From contig JBGSUI010000195.1 in assembly GCA_041736175.1 (NCBI GenBank), positions 1 to 34,298 on the forward strand: a stretch of DNA of 34,298 nucleotides, read 5' to 3'. This DNA is from Oligoflexales bacterium (GTDB taxonomy: Bacteria > Bdellovibrionota_B > Oligoflexia > Oligoflexales > CAIYRB01). Numbering within the stretch: the stretch's first letter is position 1; each line of letters starts with the position of its first letter. Made by a program: the position numbers and the translations under genes. Below the pieces are notes generated by a model. That model was not told the origin of the DNA and did not search any database. It was given only the letters and a program-made list of their open reading frames with translations. Of the stretch, positions 1-9,844 are shown piece after piece.

Positions 1-180
1 GCAAAAATTGGCTATATTGAAATGTACTCTGAATTGCAAAAGACTGTGGAATGAATAAAATGTGCCGAGATGATGCCGTAAGGAAAGCTACAATCTACCC
101 GGAAGCTCGGGATAGGACTGCGCGCGAGCGCGCTTAGTTCACTATAATATTTAGCAACCACCTTGTAAAAGGAGAATCAA

Positions 181-705
181 TTGATTTCAAGATTCACCCG
201 TATGATATTTATGTCGGCAAAACTTTACGTTTTAACACTCTCCTTCCTAATGGGATGTGCAAAGGAAGCAGAAAAAAAGTCTGTAGACAAAAGAGTTTAT
301 TTAGTCCGCGAAACTTCGTCCGATAACGGAGCTGGCCAGGGTACTTCAGGTAACGGTGAGTGTGATGGTGAAGAAGCATGCATTTATAAGGATACCGATA
401 CGGGCATATTCTTGATAAAGGCCGAGTCAACACTGCGGAATTTTGAAGAAGCCGTAAAGTACTGCAAGTCTCTTTCCTATGGCGGATTTGCGAGCGGCTG
501 GCGGCTACCAACCGATGCTGAGTTAACCGATGTACTGTTTCAAAGAGAAATACCAGAGATCTTAAGGACCAGTGAAGAAATTTGGGCCGTAGGGTCTAAA
601 GGTGAATCTCTAGTGACCACATGGGTTGCTCTTGGTGGGATTTTGGGACGTACTGTATCTGAGGCAAAGGCCAGTGAAAGACACGCTACACAATGTGTAA
701 AATAA
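181..705 (+). CDS. DUF1566 (Lcl C-terminal, lectin-like) domain lipoprotein
   Basis: AAGGAG just upstream of TTG181 (alternative ATG at 202/211); lipobox-like FLMG-C; A..YC...GWRLPT..EL motif typical of DUF1566; C-terminal Cys. Confidence 0.7.
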   Translation: MISRFTRMIFMSAKLYVLTLSFLMGCAKEAEKKSVDKRVYLVRETSSDNGAGQGTSGNGECDGEEACIYKDTDTGIFLIKAESTLRNFEEAVKYCKSLSYGGFASGWRLPTDAELTDVLFQREIPEILRTSEEIWAVGSKGESLVTTWVALGGILGRTVSEAKASERHATQCVK

Positions 706-718
706 AGAGGGATCATCC

Positions 719-1672
719 ATGAGATATTTGTTTTTGACTTTTATCGTGGTTGCATCGTGCAAAAATCCAGCGAGCACCACTCAAAGCAGCGTCAAAATCG
801 CCAATGGTATTCAAACCGATACGGTCAAGTATCCGTCGGTAGTCTTGGTCAAAACAGACAGTCCGACAAACGAGACTTGCTCGGGAACCTTTATCGGCTC
901 GGGAGTCGTCCTCACCGCGGCACACTGCCTCGCAGCTAAGCAGACCAATGGGGGAACTCCTATCGATAACCCTAGGGTTATCGTTGGTGGGGCAAACGGT
1001 CGCACTATCAAAGTTAAAAGTGTTTATTTTCAAAAGTGGATTGGCAGGGCAAACATGGGAATCAATGGCTACGATATTGCCATACTTTCTGTGCCCGAAG
1101 GAAGTGCTCCCCAAGTTACCCCTATCAGAAAAACACCTATCTCTGTGGGCAACGCCTTTACCATTGTGGGATTTGGGTATCTAAGCAATAAAAGGACCTC
1201 TTCAGAAGCTGAATACAACGACGAATTAAACCTCTATTACGGACAAAACCAAGTGCTTGCAGTCACTGAGCACTATATTTTTTCCGTCGGAGAAAGCTCC
1301 TCCGGAGGTAGCTCGCCCCCTGGTGTGAATTCAACCACAGCTCCCGGAGACTCTGGAGGACCTCTCTTTATCGGCCAGACCATAGGAGGAAGCGTAAGCT
1401 GGGGGCCTCCCTATGGTTTGAATAGCGATACTTTTAAGAAAATCGAGACTAGCCGCCCATCAGTTGCACCTGCCCCTGCTACGATTGAAAATGACGCGCT
1501 GTATCAGCTCAAACAGCTTCCCAATCTTTCCAGTATACAAAAACGGGTGGAAAACGGTGAACATCTGAATATAAGTGTTCACATGAACCTAACATCACCT
1601 CTTTACGTCAAGTGGCTTAAAAGTCTTAAGGATCAAGGTTTGAACATTCAATTCGAAGGAGACGCGCCGTAG
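719..1672 (+). CDS. Trypsin-like (S1) serine protease, probable lipoprotein
   Basis: Catalytic triad motifs LTAAHC, DIAIL and GDSGGP; lipobox-like VVAS-C; GAGG RBS; 13 bp after the upstream gene. Confidence 0.92.
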   Translation: MRYLFLTFIVVASCKNPASTTQSSVKIANGIQTDTVKYPSVVLVKTDSPTNETCSGTFIGSGVVLTAAHCLAAKQTNGGTPIDNPRVIVGGANGRTIKVKSVYFQKWIGRANMGINGYDIAILSVPEGSAPQVTPIRKTPISVGNAFTIVGFGYLSNKRTSSEAEYNDELNLYYGQNQVLAVTEHYIFSVGESSSGGSSPPGVNSTTAPGDSGGPLFIGQTIGGSVSWGPPYGLNSDTFKKIETSRPSVAPAPATIENDALYQLKQLPNLSSIQKRVENGEHLNISVHMNLTSPLYVKWLKSLKDQGLNIQFEGDAP

Positions 1673-1726
1673 ACTAGAGGCTTAGATGCCGACGAGGGAG
1701 CTGTGATGAACGCCTTCAAGATGGTC

Positions 1727-2074
1727 TTAACAATCAGTGACAAATGTGGAATCCTGCAACGCAAAGTTGGCCTCGACCAGTTTTCCCTAGGATTTGAGGA
1801 GATCAAAAGGCAATAGCTCCTTGGTGCAGTGGGCGAGTTGGGCTATTTGTCGCATGCTAAGGTCGCGCACGTGCATTAGATTGGCCAAAATATTTTTGAA
1901 CGGAAGCGAATCCGTACCCTGTCGTTTCGAAGTCACAAGTTGCTCTCTCCAGTCTCTTCTATTATGGCAAAACCAATTACAACTATTAGCGAAATCCACA
2001 ACTTCGTACGTCGTATGAATCAACGTACGAAGCTGTGCTGGCTCAGGCACAATTTGACTTGCTAACAATCCCAC
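1727..2074 (-). pseudogene. Degraded XRE/Cro-like HTH regulator remnant
   Basis: FKNILANLMHVRDLSMRQIAQLAHCT (about 1900-1823) resembles XRE helices 1-2; the recognition helix appears missing; TAG at 1787-1789, next in-frame stop at 1727-1729. Confidence 0.35.
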
Positions 2075-2140
2075 CTACCGACGGGTCCATACGCAAACAA
2101 AAAAACACCCTGAAATGAGAGTGGTTTTCCCGTTAAAATC

Positions 2141-2227
2141 TGCCGTGATGTTTGCCGTGATCAAGTGGTTTGAACAGGTTACTGAGAGTTAGGTATAGTT
2201 ATGAGCGTGGCATGTAAGTGATTGATT
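2141..2227. mobile_element. Probable attachment-site arm of an element integrated at the tRNA-Arg 3' end
   Basis: Direct repeat TGCCGTGAT at 2141-2149 and 2153-2161; exact IHF consensus AATCAATCACTTA on the minus strand at 2215-2227, about 40 bp past the tRNA CCA. Confidence 0.5.
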
Positions 2228-2268
2228 CGAAAAGCAACTGAGTGGGGAAAGACACTTAAGAAGAGAGA

Positions 2269-2345
2269 TGGCGCACCCGGAAGGATTCGAACCTCCGACC
2301 TCCAGATTCGTAGTCTGGCATTCTATCCAACTGAACTACGGGTGC
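2269..2345 (-). tRNA. tRNA-Arg(ACG)
   Basis: Reverse complement GCACCCGTAGTTCAGTTGGATAGAATGCCAGACTACGAATCTGGAGGTCGGAGGTTCGAATCCTTCCGGGTGCGCCA: 77 nt cloverleaf, anticodon arm CCAGA-CTACGAA-TCTGG, GTTCGAA T-loop, encoded CCA. Confidence 0.98.
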
Positions 2346-2413
2346 AAATGGGATGGCACCTGTGCATAAACTGAGACCCAAAAAAGCCTCAAGTGAGATG
2401 CAAAAGTGAGAGC

Positions 2414-2442
2414 GTTGTACGCCAGTTAGCTTTCAAAAGCAA
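2414..2442 (-). promoter_or_regulatory. Putative sigma70 promoter for tRNA-Arg
   Basis: TTGCTT-N17-TACAAC on the minus strand, about 70 bp upstream of the tRNA. Confidence 0.45.
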
Positions 2443-2443
2443 G

Positions 2444-2977
2444 CTAATTTTGGAGACCGAGGACTTTAAAGAGTTTAAGGTGGCGCTCGTGATCGAGATC
2501 CCCAAACTCTAAGACGGCCAGATGGGTGGGTGTGATTGAGGGGTCTCCTGACGCTCTTTCGGGCCACTCGATAAAAAGTCCGCGGTACCGATGGGCGTCG
2601 ATCAACCCAAAATCCTCAAGAGTTGAGCCTTGGTCCCCTAAGCGATAAAGATCAAGGTGGGCATACCAAGCGGTCCCACCTTGTGTCTTCACCGGGTAGT
2701 CGCCCATTAGCGTGTAAGTCGGCGACAAAACAGGAAGGTGGGGAGGGTAACCCAAGGAGTGGAGCATCGCACCTGTTAAGGTGGTTTTGCCTGCTCCAAG
2801 GGGGCCGATCAGCCAAAGGCAGAAAGGATTGTCTTCTGAGGAGAGGGGACTGATATGAGCCATCAGGGAATGGGATACCGCGTCACGAGCTTCCCACGTA
2901 AAAGTATAAGACTCCAGAATTTGCACCCTGAAAGCGTCATCGACCCAAGATATAAGTGTGGGAGCGGGGGCGATCAT
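2444..2977 (-). CDS. tsaE: tRNA threonylcarbamoyladenosine biosynthesis ATPase TsaE
   Basis: GPLGAGKTT Walker A; SPTYTL, HLDLYRL and IEWPE motifs. Confidence 0.93.
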   Translation of the reverse strand: MIAPAPTLISWVDDAFRVQILESYTFTWEARDAVSHSLMAHISPLSSEDNPFCLWLIGPLGAGKTTLTGAMLHSLGYPPHLPVLSPTYTLMGDYPVKTQGGTAWYAHLDLYRLGDQGSTLEDFGLIDAHRYRGLFIEWPERASGDPSITPTHLAVLEFGDLDHERHLKLFKVLGLQN

Positions 2978-2993
2978 TCAACTCAATCTCCGT

Positions 2994-3731
2994 TTAGGCG
3001 GGACCTCGTCCCAAAGCTTCGCGCATCTGGCTGACAGCGTCCTTAAGTCCTACATAAAGGGCGCGGGTGATGATGGCATGTCCGATGTTTGCTTCCTCAA
3101 TGGAGGGGATCTGCTTTAAGAAATGAACATTTGTATAATGAAGACCATGTCCTACATGAATCTGCAGATCATGCTGGGAAGCGGTCCAAGCGGCGAGCTG
3201 AAGGGGCTCTAGGGCTTTAGCCTTTTCTTGGCTTGTTCTTGCAGCGGCGATCTCTAAGGCAAATCGTCCCGTATGAAACTCTAAGGCTTTTACCCCTAGC
3301 TGTTTGGCCATGGCGATTAGTTCTGAATTTGGCTCTACAAAGAGCGACACCACGATCCCCGCTGCCTGTAGATTTTGGACGATGGGATACAAGGATTTAA
3401 AGTGAGCCTTAAGATCCAGACCACCTTCGGTAGTGCGCTCCTCCCGGCGTTCAGGGACAAGGGTCACGCTATGGGGAGCGGTTTTGATGGCAATCTCCAC
3501 CATCTCGGGTGTGGCTGCCATCTCCAAATTAAGCGGGGTCTTGATAGTCTCCCTGATGAGCCGCAGATCTCGGTCGTTGATATGACGACGGTCTTCGCGA
3601 AGGTGGCAGGTGATATTGTCGGCCCCACCGATTTCGGCTAGGAGAGCCGCTTGGACGGGATCGGGTTCCTGGCCACCGCGAGCGTTACGCAGGGTTGCGA
3701 TATGGTCGATATTGACACCAAGTCGAATCAT
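2994..3731 (-). CDS. pdxJ: Pyridoxine 5'-phosphate synthase
   Basis: LGVNIDHIATLRNAR, HLREDRRHI, TTEGGLD, HVGHGL and NIGHAI motifs. Confidence 0.97.
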   Translation of the reverse strand: MIRLGVNIDHIATLRNARGGQEPDPVQAALLAEIGGADNITCHLREDRRHINDRDLRLIRETIKTPLNLEMAATPEMVEIAIKTAPHSVTLVPERREERTTEGGLDLKAHFKSLYPIVQNLQAAGIVVSLFVEPNSELIAMAKQLGVKALEFHTGRFALEIAAARTSQEKAKALEPLQLAAWTASQHDLQIHVGHGLHYTNVHFLKQIPSIEEANIGHAIITRALYVGLKDAVSQMREALGRGPA

Positions 3732-3759
3732 TCTTGAAATTCCTTTAGGTCGGAGTGGG

Positions 3760-5124
3760 TCAACTCTCGCTGTGTTCAGCGATCAGTTTGGCAGCTTTGT
3801 AGGCTAACTCTTCTGCGATCCCCTGAATAAGAGACGCATCCTGCCCCTCAATCATGATGCGGGCAAGGCTTTCGGTCCCTGAGTACCTAAATAGGATTCG
3901 ACCGGTTTTGCCAAGCCGTTTTTCGATGGTGCCTAAAAGTTCTTGGAGCTTGGGGATTTGTTCGAGTGGGACTTTTTTACGAACCGGAACGTTTTTTAAG
4001 ACCTGGGGAAATTTCTCCATACACTTGCGGAGCTGGGAAAGGGATTTTTGCTCTTGAACCATAATCGCTAAGAGCTGGAGGGCTGCTAACACCCCATCAC
4101 CCGTCGTGGCACTGTCCCTAAAGATTAAATGTCCCGACTGCTCTCCCCCTAGATTGTAGGACCCTTTGAGCATTTCTTCCATAACAGACCGGTCGCCGAC
4201 CTTTGATTTGATGGCTTTGACCCCAACCTTTTCAAGGGCTAGATCCAGACCAAGATTACTCATAACCGTGCAGACAACGGTATTATGGCGTAGGGTCCCC
4301 TGTTTCGCCATCCGACTGCCACAGATCGCAAGGATTTCGTCGCCATCAAGGGGCTCACCTCTTTCGTCCACCGCGACGAGGCGGTCCGCATCCCCATCGA
4401 GGGCGATACCCATATCAGCCTTATAGAGTTTGATCTGTTCCTTGAGTTTTTGTGGGTAGAGGGCCCCTACGTTGTCGTTGATGTTAGAGCCATTGGGCTC
4501 GACTCCTAGGAGAAAACACTCAGCACCTAGTTCTTCGAAAACCTTTGGGGCGACCTTATAGGCGGCACCATGGGCGCAATCTATGACGAGGCGTAGACCA
4601 TCGAGGGTTAGGACTTTTGGAAACTGCTCTTTGAGAAAAACCGCGTATTGGCCGATCGCATCGTCGATTCTCTTTGCTCGCCCAATTTTAATGCCTGTAG
4701 GTCGATCCTTTGACATATTGGGATTTTCTAAGAGGGCTTCGAGGCGGGCTTCTGCTTCGTCAGGCAGTTTGTATCCGTCAGAGCTGAAAATCTTAATCCC
4801 ATTGTCCTCAAAGGGATTGTGAGAGGCAGAGATCACGATTCCCGCAGAAGCTCTTAAGCCTCGGGTCAGGTAGGCGATTCCAGGAGTGGGAAGCGGCCCG
4901 AGAAAGTTGACGTCTACCCCAACACTACAGATCCCCGCAGCAAGAGCCTGTTCCAGCATATAGCCGCTACGGCGGGTGTCTTTTCCAATTAATATGCGTG
5001 GGTGGGAGTGGGTTTCTTTAAAATAGAGACCAATGGCCTGTCCTATACGCAAGACGAAATCTGGAGAGATAGGATCGACGTTGGCGACGCCTCGAATTCC
5101 ATCGGTGCCAAATAGGTTACCCAA
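3760..5124 (-). CDS. glmM: Phosphoglucosamine mutase
   Basis: [16 protein letters not shown] phosphoserine loop, DGDADR, GGEQSGH, RYSGTE; TTG start with AGAGGAG RBS. Confidence 0.97.
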   Translation of the reverse strand: MGNLFGTDGIRGVANVDPISPDFVLRIGQAIGLYFKETHSHPRILIGKDTRRSGYMLEQALAAGICSVGVDVNFLGPLPTPGIAYLTRGLRASAGIVISASHNPFEDNGIKIFSSDGYKLPDEAEARLEALLENPNMSKDRPTGIKIGRAKRIDDAIGQYAVFLKEQFPKVLTLDGLRLVIDCAHGAAYKVAPKVFEELGAECFLLGVEPNGSNINDNVGALYPQKLKEQIKLYKADMGIALDGDADRLVAVDERGEPLDGDEILAICGSRMAKQGTLRHNTVVCTVMSNLGLDLALEKVGVKAIKSKVGDRSVMEEMLKGSYNLGGEQSGHLIFRDSATTGDGVLAALQLLAIMVQEQKSLSQLRKCMEKFPQVLKNVPVRKKVPLEQIPKLQELLGTIEKRLGKTGRILFRYSGTESLARIMIEGQDASLIQGIAEELAYKAAKLIAEHSES

Positions 5125-5192
5125 ACCAAATCTCCTCTTAACTCAAGTTATATGCGAATTTCACCAGTCATACTGTAGCAATTTACCACATT

Positions 5193-6125
5193 CTACAATC
5201 TCTTTTGGTTGTAAACCTCAATGGTTGCAGACTGAGGGAATGTTTCAATGAGGACAGTATCAGGCGGGATTTTAACTTGTATAGTCTTATTGTATCGTTG
5301 GCCGGGAGCAAGCTCTCGCCCCTCCACAAACGCTTCGAGATCTTTACGTTTCACAAGGGAAAGAACCCCTGGAGTGCCTTGTATAACGATCGAAACAAAG
5401 CTTGGTTTGACTTCCGTTAAAAAATCAGAGCCCAGCACTTCAATGGGGACGGAGCTAAATCGTTTGTTGATCTTTTTTTCGCCAAGCACCAACGTGACGC
5501 TGACCTTATCTTGGGAAAGACTGCTTCCAGGCATATCCTTAAAGACCAAACGTGGTTCGTAAGTTTTTGTTGTTGAGAGGCCCTCGACGTCGATAGGTTC
5601 CGTGAGAATCTCGTCAATTTTTGCAATCTCGCTGCGCAGGCCCGTTATATCAATGGATTTTGGTTTAATAATTGATTTTTCAATTATAAAACCATCAGCA
5701 GGGACACCTTTAAGGTACTCTCGAATATTGACCTTCTTGGATTCTTTTTTATCCACATAGATTGAAAGATAAGGATCATGAACAGTGAGCTTTAATCGAT
5801 TGTCAAATGGATGGATCAAAAACTCTTTGTCGATCCGGTATCTGATTTGGCCGGTTTTCCCCTCGGGAACCGTCACGATCGCCTCTAGGTATTTTGAGGT
5901 GAAATCCCCTAAGGCAGCCCTAGACCCTCGGATGGTCGAGTCTTTAAAGCGGATATCAGGGCCCCTTATGGCTAGGTCCTCGGGTACTTTGATCTTTACT
6001 TGGATGCGGCGATTAACTTCTAAAATCTCTTCGCCTTGGACGATATACCAAAAAAGACAGGCTAGAATCAGTGCGGAGATCTTGTAGGCAATATTATGTA
6101 GAAAAAAATTAACGAGGGCTTTCAT
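5193..6125 (-). CDS. cdaR: YbbR-domain CdaR-like regulator of diadenylate cyclase
   Basis: N-terminal TM (KISALILACLFWYIV); repeated YbbR-like beta units (G.PADGF, TEPIDVEG, P..V...I.G); lies between cdaA and glmM with an ATGA overlap. Confidence 0.88.
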   Translation of the reverse strand: MKALVNFFLHNIAYKISALILACLFWYIVQGEEILEVNRRIQVKIKVPEDLAIRGPDIRFKDSTIRGSRAALGDFTSKYLEAIVTVPEGKTGQIRYRIDKEFLIHPFDNRLKLTVHDPYLSIYVDKKESKKVNIREYLKGVPADGFIIEKSIIKPKSIDITGLRSEIAKIDEILTEPIDVEGLSTTKTYEPRLVFKDMPGSSLSQDKVSVTLVLGEKKINKRFSSVPIEVLGSDFLTEVKPSFVSIVIQGTPGVLSLVKRKDLEAFVEGRELAPGQRYNKTIQVKIPPDTVLIETFPQSATIEVYNQKRL

Positions 6126-6970
6126 TTTTTAATCCCTCCATTGTTTAATTTTTTCCAAAAACTTTGCCCGGACTTTTTGGAGGAATTTTCAGGGTTCTCG
6201 GGATTATTTTCTACCAACAGTTCGTTTAGTGATTTTTTGAGTTCTTTCGTGTCCATTTTTCGCGATACCTTTCCGTCTACAACTAGAGCCATGGAGGCAC
6301 CCTCTTCTGAAACCAGCACCACGATGGCATCCGTTTCTTGGGAAATGCCAATGGCGGCGCGATGCCTTGTCCCCCAATTGGGGTCAAGATTCTGGTCTCG
6401 GGTCAGTGGAAGAAAGCAGCCAGCAGCGGCTACCCGTCCCTGCTGGATAATCACAGCTCCATCATGAACTGGGGATGAAGGGAGAAAAATAGCCAGCATC
6501 AGCTCCTTTGAAACCCGAGCATCGAGGGCAATACCCACCTCAATATAGCGAGAAAGGATAATGTTTCTCTCTAATACGATAAGTGCGCCGATTTTTTTGG
6601 ACGCTAATACAGAAGCTGCGCGGGTGATCTCGTCCAAGATCTGCGCGGACGAGAGAGGGTCGCTGCCAGGAATAAACGACTTTTTACCCATTCTCGATAA
6701 AACATGACGAATATCATCTTGAAACAGAATGATAAGAATGATGATAAAGGAGGAATAAAACTTATTCATGACCCAATTGAGGGTTGTGAGTGGCACAAAA
6801 GACGAAAGTAGAAAAGCAGCGATGACGATCAAGATGCCGGTAAGCATTTGTGCTGCTCTGGTCCCTCTGATCAGCAGCAAAATATGGTAAATGATATAGG
6901 CTATGATCACGATATCGACCATAGTCCAAAAGCTAAATTGTTCGAATAGCTCGCTCATGGGTCTAATCAA
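6122..6970 (-). CDS. cdaA: Diadenylate cyclase CdaA (DisA_N/DAC domain, three N-terminal TM helices)
   Basis: HDGA and GTRHRAA catalytic motifs, GALIVLER, VSEEG; start may be ATG6958. Confidence 0.95.
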   Translation of the reverse strand: MIRPMSELFEQFSFWTMVDIVIIAYIIYHILLLIRGTRAAQMLTGILIVIAAFLLSSFVPLTTLNWVMNKFYSSFIIILIILFQDDIRHVLSRMGKKSFIPGSDPLSSAQILDEITRAASVLASKKIGALIVLERNIILSRYIEVGIALDARVSKELMLAIFLPSSPVHDGAVIIQQGRVAAAGCFLPLTRDQNLDPNWGTRHRAAIGISQETDAIVVLVSEEGASMALVVDGKVSRKMDTKELKKSLNELLVENNPENPENSSKKSGQSFWKKLNNGGIKK

Positions 6971-7779
6971 TCGGGGTTGAGGATTTTATGGATGTTTGAA
7001 AGCGCCTTGACGCTATGGGTTCTTATGATCGAGGCTCCTGCAAGGATAAGCCCCATTTCGACCATCTTCGAAGGTGGATCCCTTTGTGCGGGGCCGTTGA
7101 TTCCTAATATCCGGCCTAAAAAGGACTTTCGAGAAACTCCTATAGCGATTTGGTAGGTTTGTGACCACTGTCGGACCTGATCGATCAAAAGGAGATTGGC
7201 TCGGTCGGTTTTGCCAAAACCTATCCCAGGATCTAAAAAGATTTGTTTAGGGTTCAATCCAGCATTTATAAGTCTTTGATGGGTCGTCTTGAAGAAAGCT
7301 GAGACAGCTTCGATAGCTTCGACACCATCAAGGGGATTGAGCTGCATATCTCCGGGTTCGCCACTCATATGCATAGCAACATAGTTTAGTGAAGGCTCAG
7401 AGCCCAATTTTTTAAGGGTTTCATCAGGAGCACCCCCAGCGATATCGTTGATTCCGGAAATACCCCAATCCATAAGCCGGAGCATAAGTTCAGGTTTACG
7501 AGTATCGACAGTCACCCTGTTTAGTAGCTTTTTACGCTTAAAAAGCTTTAGAACAGGCTCTAACCTCTGCCATTCGGTTTCTAGATCGATGGGGATGGCT
7601 CCAGGACGGGAGCTTTCTGCTCCTAAATCGATAAAATCAGCACCTTCTTTAATAAGTCTAAGGGCTTGGTCAGCTGCTTTACTAGGGTCTTTAAACCGAT
7701 TGCCATCAGAAAAAGAATCAGGGGTGACGTTGATCACACCCATGATCTTAAAGTCATATGGTTTTGCAGGACCGGTCAT
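6967..7779 (-). CDS. folP: Dihydropteroate synthase
   Basis: IMGVINVTPDSFSDG, DLGAESSRPG, DPGIGFGK, GVSRKSF and IIRTH motifs. Confidence 0.96.
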   Translation of the reverse strand: MTGPAKPYDFKIMGVINVTPDSFSDGNRFKDPSKAADQALRLIKEGADFIDLGAESSRPGAIPIDLETEWQRLEPVLKLFKRKKLLNRVTVDTRKPELMLRLMDWGISGINDIAGGAPDETLKKLGSEPSLNYVAMHMSGEPGDMQLNPLDGVEAIEAVSAFFKTTHQRLINAGLNPKQIFLDPGIGFGKTDRANLLLIDQVRQWSQTYQIAIGVSRKSFLGRILGINGPAQRDPPSKMVEMGLILAGASIIRTHSVKALSNIHKILNPD

Positions 7780-7795
7780 TAAATTCCCTAAGAAA

Positions 7796-9796
7796 CTACG
7801 CCATGCCTTGGGGGGCCACCTGGTTTAGGGAGGGAGTGCCCTCATCTTGTTCAAGTTTATTACCAGAGATATCATCAACTTTTTTGACATGGGGAGCTGG
7901 CTTTCGCTGGCCTGCTTTTAGCTCAGAGGCTTTTCTCTGGGCATCTTCAAAAGCTTTGCGCTCTTCTTCGGTGATGATGTTTTGCCCTTGGATAATAGCA
8001 TCAATTTGGGAACGGTCCAAGGTCTCCTTAATGAGAAGTGCTTCCGAAAGAGCATCTAGGAAAGGGCGGTATTGGCGCAGGAGGCTCATAGCTTTTTTGT
8101 ATCCAGTCGTCACGATCCTGTGGACTTCACGATCGATGTCGTCAGCAACTCTTTCAGAAAAATTGCGAGTGCTTCCAAGTTCTCGACCTAAAAAGACTTC
8201 GTCATTGTCTTTGCCAAAAGACAAGGGGCCTAGTTTATCGCTCATACCCCAGTTGCACACCATTTTACGCGCCAGTTCAGTCGCTCGGTTGATATCGTCC
8301 CCGGCCCCAGTGGTGAATTTTTGGAAAACCAATTCCTCAGCGGCCCGACCACCCATGGCCCGGGCGATCATTCCCTCAGCAAAGTCTTTGGTATAGGTGT
8401 AGCGATCTTCGGTTGGAAGAGAAACCGTGACACCAAGGGCTTGGCCCCGAGGGATGATGCTGATTTTATGGATAGGGTCCATGTCGTCACCTTGAAAAAG
8501 TCCTACGATGGCATGGCCAGCTTCGTGGTAAGCAGTGTTGCGCTTTTCTTCGATGCTCATCACCATGCTTTTTCTTTCTGGACCCATGAGAATCTTGTCT
8601 TTAGCCAGCTCGAAATGATTCATCCCGACTTCTTTGCTATCTTTCCGTGCGGCGATCAAAGCTGCCTCGTTTACCAGGTTTTCCAGGTCAGCACCGGAAA
8701 ATCCAGGGGTTCCTTGGGCAATCGTCGGTAAGTCCACATCGATAGAAAGCGGAGATTTTTTGGTGTGAACCTTTAGAATTCCTTCTCGCCCCTTAACATC
8801 GGGTTTAGGTACGACCACCCTCCGGTCAAAACGACCGGGTCTCAGAAGAGCAGGGTCCAGGACATCTGGGCGGTTTGTGGCGGCGATGATAATGACACCT
8901 TCGTTGCTTTCAAACCCATCCATTTCAACAAGAAGCTGATTAAGGGTTTGCTCCCTCTCGTCGTGCCCTCCGCCAAGGCCAGCTCCCCGATGGCGGCCAA
9001 CGGCGTCGATTTCATCGATAAAAACAATGCAAGGTGCGTGTTTTTTAGCTTGTTCAAAGAGGTCTCTGACTCGGCTTGCGCCGACGCCAACAAACATCTC
9101 AACAAAATCAGAGCCAGAGATGCTAAAGAAGGGGACGCCAGCTTCTCCGGCAATCGCTTTAGCAAGGACGGTCTTGCCGGTGCCGGGTGATCCGACCAAC
9201 AGCACGCCTTTTGGGATCCGACCACCGAGCCGGGTAAACTTTTTGGGATCTTTTAAAAAATCAACGATTTCTTCTAACTCTTGTTTAGCTTCTTCGACCC
9301 CGGCGATATCGTTAAAAGTCAGCCTCACTTGATTTTCGTTGAGGAGTTTGGCGCGGCTTTTGCCAAACGACATGGCTTTGCCCCCGCCGATTTGGAGCTG
9401 GCGCATAAAGAATAGAAATAAAAACAAAATGATGATCAGTGGAGCTGATTGAATCAGCAGAGATTTCCACCACGAAATCTCATCAGGCGGCTCAAAATTG
9501 ACTTTGACACCCTTGTCTTGTAAGGATTTGCGTACGTCAGCGTCATTTGGTCCATAAGTTTTAAAGGTGCTTCGGTCAGCCCTGACCGCTACGATTTCGT
9601 TTTCTTTAAAAGTGACTTCAACTACACGACTTGTGTCGGTCTCAGGGAGTGCCGCAGCGGCGACGAGGTCAGAAAATTTTAGAGACTTTGAGTCGTCAGG
9701 TGGTTGAATCAGTCGGGCGAGGAGAAACAATGCGACGATAAATACGATCACCATGGCGACGCGCATTTGCTGATTGCTGTTAGAAGGCTTAGCCAT
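7796..9796 (-). CDS. ftsH: ATP-dependent zinc metalloprotease FtsH
   Basis: Two TM helices, GSPGTGKT Walker A, FIDEID Walker B, SRH ([10 protein letters not shown]), HEAGH zinc motif; AGGAG RBS. Confidence 0.98.
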   Translation of the reverse strand: MAKPSNSNQQMRVAMVIVFIVALFLLARLIQPPDDSKSLKFSDLVAAAALPETDTSRVVEVTFKENEIVAVRADRSTFKTYGPNDADVRKSLQDKGVKVNFEPPDEISWWKSLLIQSAPLIIILFLFLFFMRQLQIGGGKAMSFGKSRAKLLNENQVRLTFNDIAGVEEAKQELEEIVDFLKDPKKFTRLGGRIPKGVLLVGSPGTGKTVLAKAIAGEAGVPFFSISGSDFVEMFVGVGASRVRDLFEQAKKHAPCIVFIDEIDAVGRHRGAGLGGGHDEREQTLNQLLVEMDGFESNEGVIIIAATNRPDVLDPALLRPGRFDRRVVVPKPDVKGREGILKVHTKKSPLSIDVDLPTIAQGTPGFSGADLENLVNEAALIAARKDSKEVGMNHFELAKDKILMGPERKSMVMSIEEKRNTAYHEAGHAIVGLFQGDDMDPIHKISIIPRGQALGVTVSLPTEDRYTYTKDFAEGMIARAMGGRAAEELVFQKFTTGAGDDINRATELARKMVCNWGMSDKLGPLSFGKDNDEVFLGRELGSTRNFSERVADDIDREVHRIVTTGYKKAMSLLRQYRPFLDALSEALLIKETLDRSQIDAIIQGQNIITEEERKAFEDAQRKASELKAGQRKPAPHVKKVDDISGNKLEQDEGTPSLNQVAPQGMA

Positions 9797-9844
9797 TGAT
9801 GGCTCCTTTAAGATGTCCTTTATGAATTTTACAACCCATGATGC

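Noticed and set aside
181..705. DUF1566 gene as a diversity-generating retroelement target
   Set aside because: No reverse transcriptase and no template/variable repeat pair is visible in the window
2444..3731. pdxJ directly followed by tsaE, without acpS/nnr, as a special system
   Set aside because: Most simply ordinary gene relocation or loss; both genes are intact
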